From Octopus sinensis (Eukaryota): a stretch of 19,056 nucleotides of DNA. The position numbers and the translations under genes are program-made. Shown here in pieces: positions 10,103-18,683 of this stretch. The stretch spans positions 1 through 19,056 of the forward strand of contig NW_021824370.1 in NCBI RefSeq assembly GCF_006345805.1. Direction: 5' to 3'. The notes beneath the pieces were generated by a model. That model made no database searches. It was not told where the DNA came from and saw only the letters and a list, made by a program, of their open reading frames with translations. Position 1 is the stretch's first letter; the number at the start of each line of letters is the position of its first letter.

Positions 10103-10460
10103 AGTGTGAGTGTCGTAGTAATGGTAGTGGTAATTTTGGAATGTGGTTAATAGTGATGATCGTGATGATGATGGTGATGGGTCGCAGTTGGTATTAACCA
10201 TCGGGAGAGGTGATGGAGTCATTGGTCTTGGTGGTGGTGATGATGGTGCTGGACGCAGTAGATGTTAGTGGTGGTTGTGGTGGTTGTGGTGACGGTAGTT
10301 GTGATTGTGGTGGTGATAGTGGTGGTGGTGGTGATGGTGGAGGTGACAGTAGTAGTCATGGCAGTAATGGGTGGGATGGACCTTAGTGACAATGTTAGTG
10401 GTAGTGTTACCAGTGTCGGTAGTATCGGCGGTAGTTATAGAGTGGTTATGCAACGGCGGT
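9680..10460. repeat. Degenerate (GGT)/(GTT)/(GAT) trinucleotide low-complexity tract
   Basis: Direct reading; yields poly-V/G/T/P/H pseudo-ORFs. Confidence 0.92.
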
Positions 10461-10941
10461 GGTGGGAGATAAAGTATAGAAGCGTCGTTTGATTAGTCAT
10501 ACGCTGGTGAAAGGAAGAGAGAAACAGATCGATCGCTAGAATATTTATCAGCCTCTTGCCAACCGGAAGTCGAGCACAAAAAATGTTAATCAGCCGCACT
10601 TATATATAAAAGACAATTCGTTAAAGAAATTTTCCCTTCGAGTATTTATTAGATCACACCTCGGAGTTTTCGCCTCCTCCGTTTGTGATAGAACGATGTT
10701 TGGTTTGTATCTTACAGCCAGACTTGTCCTGACCCGACCGTTATCTGTCTACTATTGAGGCAGCGTGTTTAAACAGTCTTTTTGGCCGACTCTGATAAGT
10801 ATGGTACCAAGTGGAACATTGGGCCGATTGTCGGGAGACATTTTATGAAATCTTTTCTACGTGTTTAATATTATACATTATGCTCTTCTCCTGTATATTT
10901 GCATGTAAAACCACATACACACAAATGTATATGTGTATATG

Positions 10942-10976
<35 letters not shown>

Positions 10977-10983
10977 GTATATA

Positions 10984-11099
10984 CAGGGTACGATGGGTAA
11001 ATTGTCGCCATTTCATTATTTAAATTTCGCGCATGCGCATTGTTTGTTTTGGATTTTGTCTACTACACAGTAAAGTAGGGTCAGTTGGGCACCGTCTGT
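10984..11099 (+). mobile_element. Probable truncated Tc1/mariner left end
   Basis: TA followed by CAGGGTACGATGGGTAAATTGTCGCC, a typical TA|CAGGGT Tc1/mariner terminus. No partner TIR was found in the window. Confidence 0.5.
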
Positions 11100-11573
11100 T
11101 TTGGCTTATCAGCCCTCACCGTTTGGCTTTACTGTCTTGTTCTCACAGTCCTGATTTTGTTACCACTTTCACATTCCGCAACAAATCCCAAACTTTATTT
11201 AATTTGCTTTGCGGGAAGGACTGTTTCAACGAAGTCGAATATTGTCCTCATCTTCGAAACGCGGAGTAGATGAAACAGGAGACAACCGATGAAGGGGAAT
11301 GTTCTTTATGTTGCCAGTCTCGTTTCTCTGTTTTGTTTTTTTTCGTTGTTCGAAAAAAGTTCGTTTTCTGTGTTTTTGTTTTTGTTTTCGTTTCTCATTG
11401 TGTCTACGTTTTTTTAATGTCCTATAACCATATTTTCATGTATATATACATATATATGCAGGTATGTACATATATGTACGTATACATGCATATATTTATG
11501 TATTATTTATATTATATGAACGAACACCATGCATCCTTTTCCTAGTAAGTTTTATTTTATATATATATATATA

Positions 11574-12031
11574 ATTAAATTAGGCAGTAGTTCAGCAATG
11601 TCACACCAAAATTGAAAATAATAACAGTCACTAAAAATAACAGAGAGTTTTTGAGACATGTACAATGCTAGAAATAAGAGCTAAAGTGTTCTGCTGCTGC
11701 AGTCAACGCACATAGTTGTATACATACACAGTGACAGCGACCGTAAACGGCCGAAATCGCCAATCGTGATATTCCTGTGCTGTCAACAGTTTCGGCTTCA
11801 AGACTGAAGCCGCTTCATTTGGTTCGGCACCACTCGCCAGATTCCGGATAAGATCGCCACCCGTATATATGTCTACTCCATGGATGATTTAGCGAATCGC
11901 TAACGTGTAGACTAATGATTAAATTAGGCAGCAGTTTAGCAATGTAACACCTGAAGGGAAAATTATGTCAGTAAGCAATTATGTGCGTTGACTGCTTCAT
12001 CAGAGCTGTGTAGCTCTGATTTCTAGCATTG
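11574..12031. repeat. Mixed direct and inverted repeat pair carrying decayed hammerhead halves
   Basis: 34-bp direct repeat ATTAAATTAGGCAGYAGTTYAGCAATGTMACACC (11574-11607, 11918-11951) and a 56-bp inverted repeat (11663-11718 vs 11976-12031). Confidence 0.8.
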
Positions 12032-12099
12032 GAGGTGTTTCTGACAGCGTCTGACATTTTTAATGATTATCATATTATTCCTTTCTGGTTTTACATCTA

Positions 12100-12127
12100 T
12101 AGATATGTATGTATATATGTATGTATG

Positions 12128-12159
<32 letters not shown>

Positions 12160-12179
12160 TGTATGTATGTATGTATGTA

Positions 12180-12247
<68 letters not shown>

Positions 12248-12249
12248 TG
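12100..12249. repeat. (TATG)n/(TG)n microsatellite
   Basis: Direct reading. Confidence 0.95.
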
Positions 12250-12419
12250 ATAAAGGAAAATAGAATATTCAATAAAGGAAGGCAACCGGTCTGAGGATTC
12301 GCTGCTTTAGCGAGAAACTGTTTCGTCATCGTTGGGCCTTGAATCTTTGTATAGCACACTATATATGCATATGTATATATCTATATTTTGTATATATATC
12401 TATATCTATGTTATTGGGC

Positions 12420-12449
12420 ATACACACACAACACACACCACACACACAC

Positions 12450-12491
<42 letters not shown>

Positions 12492-12492
12492 G

Positions 12493-12555
<63 letters not shown>

Positions 12556-12596
12556 TATACTATATCTATATATATTACACACACATACATATATAT
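12420..12596. repeat. (CA)n/(TA)n microsatellite
   Basis: Direct reading. Confidence 0.95.
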
Positions 12597-12754
12597 CAGT
12601 TCCGTGTGCTGTTTTAAAAGTGGAACACTGACAGGTTTGTTGCTGTGCTGTGTCAATCGATACAAGGTTCAAATTCTAATAGTTTTTTTTTTTTAATAAA
12701 TCTCGTTCAATTCCGGCACCAGAAATAACTGCTATTACCTAAATTTCTAGTCTA

Positions 12755-13075
12755 CTACTAAACATCACCACCTAATATTCCACTACTGCCGCCACCACCA
12801 CCGGCGCCACTACCACTGCTACTGCTACTACTATTGTAATCCTCACCACCAGCATAACCAACACCACCACCACCACCACCACCCGCCGTCACCGCCACTC
12901 CAACAACGACGATGCAAACTACCATCACCGCCACCTCCACAATCAACGTCACCACCACCTTCATCACTTTCACAACCAACGCCAATTCCACCACCACCAC
13001 CTACACCACCACCTATTACCGCCACACTGTCATTGTCATCATCATGAACGCCCCCCCCCCCGACAACCAACAGAA
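12755..13075. repeat. Degenerate (CAC)/(CTA) trinucleotide low-complexity tract
   Basis: Direct reading. Confidence 0.9.
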
Positions 13076-13082
13076 CAACCTT

Positions 13083-14013
13083 TTAACAAGTTCCTTAAAA
13101 TATTGGGCACAAAAGATTACAACATAAATATACATTCTCAAGAACATGTTAAAGGTAGTTTCCAGAAGGAATTATTAAAAAGTTCAGTGGGATATTGGTA
13201 TTGTATCTGTATATTCAAACACGCACAGAATATTGGTTGTCACAGACTACTATATATACATTCTTTGGTGACAAGAGCATGCTAAGAACATAAAAAAGTT
13301 TAACAAGTTCATTGAAATATTGGGCACAAAAGATTACAACAAATATATACATTCTCAAGATAATTTCCAAAAGGAATTATTAAAAAGTTCAGTGGAATAT
13401 TGGTATACACGCACAAGGCGGCGAGCTGGCAGAAATGTTAGCACGCCGGGCGAAATGCGTAGCTGTATTTCGTCTGTCGTTACGTTGTGAGTTCAAATTC
13501 CGCCGAGGTCGACTTTGCCTTTCATCCTTTCGGGGTCGATAAATTAAGTACCAGTTACGCACTGGGGTCGATGTAATCAACTTGATACCTATGTTTGTCC
13601 TTGTTTGTCCCCTCTATGTTTAACCCCTTGTGGGTAATAAAGAAATAGGTATACACGCACAGAATATTATGAGTTCAAAAAGGTTTACATTATAATAGTA
13701 GGGAAGCTAAAACTGACCTGTCCACCATGTTAACGTAAAAGAATATTATCTATTTCAAGGGACACTGTAGGTGTGTTTGGGTGGGGGAAGGAGGCGTAAT
13801 GTGGAACTGAAAAGAATTTCTCCTTTATCCCACTGAACTTTTTAATAATTCCTTCTGGAAACTATCTTTAACATATTCTTGAGAATGTATATTTATGTTG
13901 TAATCTTTTGTGCCCAAAATTTTTAGGAACTTGTTAAACTTTTTTATGTCTTTAACATGTCCTTGTTACCAAAGACTGTTTATATGTAATGTAGCATTTT
14001 GTAACAACCAATA
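13083..14013. repeat. 217-bp unit in two tandem copies plus one inverted copy
   Basis: TTAACAAGTTC...GGGCACAAAAGATTACAAC...ATTATTAAAAAGTTCAGTGG starts at 13083 and again at 13300; reverse-complement copy at 13826-14013. Confidence 0.92.
13416..13651 (+). mobile_element. tRNA-derived SINE monomer with target-site duplication
   Basis: Same sequence as unit 1717-1953, flanked by GGTATACACGCACA at 13402-13415 and 13648-13661. Confidence 0.93.
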
Positions 14014-14038
14014 ATTAACGCAACCAAACTTTTACATG

Positions 14039-14082
14039 TTACTTTTGATAATCTTTTTCCAAGAGTGAAACCGGTAAAGTAA
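14039..14082 (+). ncRNA. Minimal type-I hammerhead motif, U3:A8 core variant
   Basis: Stem I TTACTT/AAGTAA (6 bp perfect); core TTGATAA (14045-14051); stem II TCTT/AAGA plus 2 extra nt; GAAA (14067-14070); ACCGGT; GUA. Confidence 0.7.
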
Positions 14083-14147
14083 ATAAACATCTTTTAAATT
14101 GCATTTTTCAAACCTTCTTTCCCATATATATATATATATATATATAT

Positions 14148-14203
<56 letters not shown>

Positions 14204-14244
14204 CAAGTCAAAAATAGAGAATGCTAAAATAATTTTATAGTGAA

Positions 14245-14293
14245 CATTTCAGTACCGGTTTCGGGTCATTTTGAGACCTTTTCAACTGTAACG
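14245..14293 (-). ncRNA. Minimal type-I hammerhead motif, U3:A8 variant (left arm; one extra C before GAAA)
   Basis: Minus strand CGTTACAG-TTGAAAA-GGTC-TCAAAAT-GACC-C-GAAA-CCGG-TA-CTGAAATG. Confidence 0.7.
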
Positions 14294-14532
14294 ATTAAAT
14301 AATTAAATTTAGAAAAATTAGAAGAAAAGTTTTTTTAAAGGAATATTTCTATAGTAGTGTTTCAGATATGAGTGGCATTCTGCCTTTCTCTACTCCCCTT
14401 GTTTGCACTTGTGCAAACAAGTGCAAACCGGGAGTCAGAGAAAGGCAGAATGCTACTTATATCTGAACACTACATAAAAATATTCCTTTAAAAAAACTTT
14501 TCTTCTAATTTTTCTAAATTTAATTATTTAAT

Positions 14533-14579
14533 CGTTACAGTTGAAAAGGTCTCAAATGACCGAAACCGGTACTGAAATG
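14533..14579 (+). ncRNA. Minimal type-I hammerhead motif, U3:A8 variant (right arm)
   Basis: CGTTACAG-TTGAAAA(14541-14547)-GGTC-TCAAAT-GACC-GAAA(14562-14565)-CCGG-TA-CTGAAATG. Stem I has 7 of 8 pairs; canonical G10.1:C11.1; GUA triplet. Confidence 0.8.
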
Positions 14580-14659
14580 TTCACTATAAAATTATTTGCA
14601 TTCTCTTATTTTGACTTGTTTTTTCATATATATCAACTCGTGTGTTCCTTTTCACCTTA

Positions 14660-14703
14660 TACCCACACACACACACACACATCACACACATATATATATA
14701 TAT

Positions 14704-14741
<38 letters not shown>

Positions 14742-14747
14742 TATATA

Positions 14748-14787
<40 letters not shown>
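14660..14787. repeat. (CA)/(TA)n microsatellite
   Basis: Direct reading. Confidence 0.93.
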
Positions 14788-14788
<1 letters not shown>

Positions 14789-14851
14789 TTAGCAGAATGA
14801 GATTAAAAAACCCAAGCGTGTGAAAGCTTTCAGAGCATTTGTGAAAAGAAG

Positions 14852-14899
14852 GTCTTACAGCTGTTTCCGGGATATTTTATATATCCCTTCATCAGAGAC
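14852..14899 (-). ncRNA. Minimal type-I hammerhead ribozyme motif (canonical core)
   Basis: Minus strand GTCT-CTGATGA-A-GGGATAT-ATAAA-ATATCCC-G-GAAA-CAGCTG-TA-AGAC: 7-bp stem II, palindromic ACAGCTGT stem III, GUA triplet, 4-bp stem I. Confidence 0.85.
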
Positions 14900-15404
14900 A
14901 ATGCGAGAAAATGGTTAAGCAATAGTTATTCTAGAGAAGATATGAAATAGAGAGTGAAGTGGTGGAAGGAAAACAGACGTGAGATATGTAAGGCTATTGT
15001 ATCTGCAGTTCCATTATTTAAGCAGAATGGAGTGGTGTATATATAAATTTCCTGTACCTTGCGTGTGTGTTCCAATGGTATTTATGAATTGACCATTCCA
15101 AGCATGGAGTATTGTAAACGGTGTTATATATATATACCATTCTGCTTAAATAATGGAGCAAGCCGTGTCACATTCTGTGTCATGGCGAATCTCCTTGAGA
15201 ACTACGTTAAGGGTACGCGTGTTTGTGGAGTACTCAGCCACTTTCACATTAATTTCACGAGGTGGCTGTTCTGTTAATCGATTTTTTCTTCTTCCTGCAG
15301 GATGTCCGACGAAACCATCTTCCTACACGGGCAGACTCGATAGGGGTTGCCGGTTTAGTCACCGATGACCCGACAATGCGACAGGTTGTATGGGATTACA
15401 TATA

Positions 15405-15590
15405 GACATGCATGCATACATACATACATACATATATACATACATACATACATACATACATACATACATACATACATACATACATACGTACGTACATACA
15501 CACGTACGTACATACATACATACATACATACATACATACATACATACATACATACATGCATACATACATACATACATATACACACACATA
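15405..15590. repeat. (ATAC)n microsatellite
   Basis: Direct reading. Confidence 0.96.
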
Positions 15591-15651
15591 TGAGTACGTG
15601 TGTGTTAGTCCTTCTCATTGCTTAACAAATGGCATTGATTTATTTAGATCT

Positions 15652-15770
15652 CCGTGACCTAGCGGTTCGACATGAAGAATGAAACTGATAGAATAAGTAC
15701 CGCACTAAGAAATTAGTACAGGTGCCGATTCGACTAGACTCATCAAGGTAGTTCCCCAGCAGGGCTACCA
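15652..15770 (+). mobile_element. Highly decayed 3' part of the 5660/18282 SINE family
   Basis: CCGTGACCTAGCGGTTCG...GATAGAATAAGTAC matches CCCGTAACCTAGCGGCTCGG...GATAGAATAAGTA in the intact copies. Confidence 0.6.
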
Positions 15771-16636
15771 TCAACCAAGACAGACACACATGAAAGAAGA
15801 AGAGAAGAAAAGAGGAAAAGATTTTCGTTGCCATCAAAATCACTCTTTCGTGTTTGTCATTAGAAAGCAGCTCAAACCAAAAACCGTCAATGACGTCAGA
15901 CAGTTTTAAAAGACGATAGAAAATTGTTTAGCGAAGTTCAGTGAATATAGAATAGCACAGAAAAGCAGCGAAGGGAATTTGGCGGTTAAAAACGAATAGA
16001 ACAAAGAAAACACATTTAGAACTGAAGAAAATAGCAAATAGCAAATCTATTTTGAAGGTGAATAGCTTGAAAGTAAGTTATGGTGGAAGTGAAAAAATGT
16101 TAATAAGGACGTCTGAATGACACAAATAGCGTTTGTGCAAATTTCTGTGAAGTCTCTCAACAAACATGGCCGCCATGTTAATTCCCTGTTGATCTTAGGA
16201 GGAGTTAGAAGCTGTGGGATGAACAGGGTCAGAGGAAAGTGCTGTCAACAGTGAGATAATGTCTTGAAAAGCCACTTGAGATTAAGAAAGCGAGAGATTT
16301 AATAAGAGAAAGCTGATGAACGATAAATGATGAATGATGGCAAATACAACGTGACTTAATCTTTTCTCAGAAGGAGTTGGATTAGAAAGTTGTAGAAGAG
16401 TGTTGGAATGTGAGATGAATGGAATGAATAAATGAAGAGAATGACGGAATGGAAGTAATTAGCAGAAGTGAAATATTCATTGAGGGTCATGGCTGGAATA
16501 AAAGTACGGTAGATTAAGGAGAATATATAGTGAAGAACTCTATAGGGACAAAGGCATTGAAAAAATGACTAAAATAATTTAGATAATGAATATCAGAATG
16601 AATGGAATAAACAGGAAAAAAGCATACAGAATATGA

Positions 16637-16750
16637 GAATAGGAAGGTAGGAAGTGGACAGAATATAAGAATGGATAGAATAGGAAGGTAGGAAGTGGAC
16701 GGAATACACGAATGGATAGAATAGGAAGGTAGGAAGTGGACGGAATATGA
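16637..16750. repeat. 41-bp tandem repeat, about 2.8 copies
   Basis: GAATAGGAAGGTAGGAAGTGGAC starts at 16637, 16678 and 16719. Confidence 0.92.
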
Positions 16751-16887
16751 AGATGAACTACAGCGCAATATCTGGAGAAGAAAATTGTGATAATAAGAAT
16801 TAGGAATACGTATTCGAAGGGATTAGGTGACGATTAAAACTTTCATAGATCCATAGTGGTTATTCATATGGTTGCCACACGGTTAGA

Positions 16888-16935
16888 TCACGTGACTGTC
16901 ACGTGACATTCACGTGGCTGTCACTTATATGTCAC
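16888..16935. promoter_or_regulatory. 11-bp-periodic array with three CACGTG E-boxes
   Basis: TCAC at 16888, 16899, 16910, 16921 and 16932; CACGTG at 16889, 16900 and 16911; the middle one is a perfect GTCACGTGAC. The motif array is seen directly; regulatory function is inferred. Confidence 0.5.
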
Positions 16936-17469
16936 AGAGATACGATATAGTCGTCATGCAGAAGGAACTCACAGGTGACTCTTGTGAAATAAGGTTAAAA
17001 TCCTGACATTGAAAGTTTCTGCGGGTTCCGATCTTTGATTCCTTCAGTTGGCCCCAAATTTCCATTGAGATTTTGGAAAGGCTGCCGGACTACCAGTAGA
17101 AAGATCGACAATTCGCACCCTCTATGTGACACTTATGATCTCACAGTAACCACGTTCAAGCACCATCCGCGGCACACGTTTCTATTGATCGCTTTACTCA
17201 GATCACCTAAACGTGTTTAGCATCAATAAAAGACAAGGTGGACAAACCTCAGTAACACTTCTGCTGGATAAAATGTAATCCACAACATTTGCTGAGGAGT
17301 GATTCACAATTGCTGTGGTAGCAGGGTTAATCCACCGCCACCGACGCCGCCCGGTGCCGCTGCGCGGGTTTGGCCGTCCTTTGCTGTACCCAAACTGACT
17401 GTCCTTTACACGTAATGTACCTTCAACTAAGCAAACATACGTATATATTGTGGCCGTCCGATACGATCC

Positions 17470-17870
17470 GCGCACCTCACGTTGCGCCTTTGCCACCGCC
17501 TTTTGGGACACCACAGCTGGTCTTTGGTTGTCCTTAACAGCGTCCTCTCTGTTGCAAGCCTTTGCGTTTTTGTTCTGGGGTTAACTTCGTCACCCGGCCT
17601 CACTTCTCGGGGATCTCGAAGAAAATCATGGCTGCTGTCCTTGTTCTTCTGAATAAATTAGCTTGAAAATTGTCTTTAGCTGGGTTTTGAACAGCTTCTT
17701 TTTGCCTACAAGCCAAGCATTGATCTCGGTGCAGCCGGCCATAGAGAATTTTGTGGCCGGAGGGCAATTCAGGCGTGCGCTGTATATGTAGGGGCCGTCT
17801 CAGTTGAAACTTGTGTAGTGTTGATTGACGACCTGTGATATTGGGTCATTGGAATCCTATCTGACCAGTT
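17470..17870 (-). pseudogene. Decayed Ty3/gypsy-like integrase C-terminal region
   Basis: Stitching minus frames gives SSINT/HKFQLRRPLHIQRTP...PA/KILYGRLHRD...QKNKDSSHDFLRDPREVRPGDEVNPRTKTQ...RRN. This resembles the gypsy integrase tail (LLQYRNTP..SPAEILYGR..LKPGDxV..RRN). Multiple frameshifts. Confidence 0.55.
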
Positions 17871-18179
17871 GGCATACACACACACACACACACCGACTAC
17901 TGCTCCTCTCTTCTCTAACCGTCCGTACATAAACTAGTCAGACAAGGCCGTTATAAGTTAAGTATGGTCACGCGTCTAACGTAAAGAGAGGTTTATGAAT
18001 CCTGGTTCATTACCTTATTGACTGACCTCCCAATTTAACAAGGAGCAACACACAGCTCGCAATAATTATCTAATTCAATACTACTGTGGACCCAGTTTAC
18101 TACCTTGCTTGTGTTGGCCCCAAAACACTTAACTGGAACCCGGTTAGGAACCACTGATCTATATTTATAGAGACGATAA

Positions 18180-18191
18180 AACACACGCACG

Positions 18192-18242
<51 letters not shown>

Positions 18243-18250
18243 GCGCACAC
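18180..18250. repeat. (CA)n microsatellite
   Basis: Direct reading. Confidence 0.95.
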
Positions 18251-18281
18251 AAACACAAGTGTAGTAAGTAGGAATGAATTA

Positions 18282-18683
18282 GGCGCAGGAGTGGCTGTGT
18301 AGTAAGAAGCTTGCTTACCAACCACATGGTTTCGGGTTCAGTCCCACTGCGTGGCACCTTGGGCGAGTGTCTTCTACTATAGCCTCGAGCCGATCAAAGC
18401 CTTGTGAGTGGATTTGGTAGACGGAAACTGAAAGAAGTCCGTCGTATATATATATGTATGTATGTGTATATGTTTCTGTGTCTGTGCTTGCCCCCCCCCC
18501 ACATCGCTTGACAACCGATGCTGGTGTGTTTACGTCCCCGTAACCTAGCGGCTCGGCAAAAGACACCGATAGAATAAGTAGGCTTACAAAGAATAAGCTC
18601 TGGGGTCGATTAGCTCGACTAAAGGCGGCGCTCCAGCATGGCCGCAGTCAAATGACTGAAGCAAGTAAAAGAGTAAAAGAGTA
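18282..18683 (+). mobile_element. Full-length tRNA-derived SINE with CORE-like segment and (GAGTAAAA) tail
   Basis: Head GGCGCAGGAGTGGCTGTGTAGTAAG..GGGTTCAGTCCC; CORE-like CACCTTGGGCGAGTGTCTT; internal microsatellite; tail GCAAGTAAAAGAGTAAAAGAGT. Matches 5660-6058. Confidence 0.93.

Larger units (their letters stand above)
14200..14625. mobile_element. 426-bp fold-back element between (TA)n tracts, one hammerhead per arm
   Basis: Arms of about 200 bp are highly similar reverse complements, from GAAACAAGTCAAAAAT to ATTTTGACTTGTTT; centre CTTGTTTGCAC-TT-GTGCAAACAAG (14398-14421). Confidence 0.93.

Noticed and set aside
11774-11822. 8-bp hairpin CGGCTTCA/TGAAGCCG followed by GAAA on the minus strand
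   Set aside because: Core reads ATGAAGC, U16.1 is absent and stem I does not pair.
992-15657. Dozens of ORFs rich in CV, HT, YI, MYVC, poly-V/G/P/T or ER repeats
   Set aside because: They are translations of microsatellites and low-complexity tracts, not genes.
16637-16750. CRISPR-like array
   Set aside because: Contiguous tandem units without unique spacers, in eukaryotic DNA.
18140-18158. hAT-like terminus CAGTGGTTCCTAACC on the minus strand
   Set aside because: No partner TIR or TSD found in the window.
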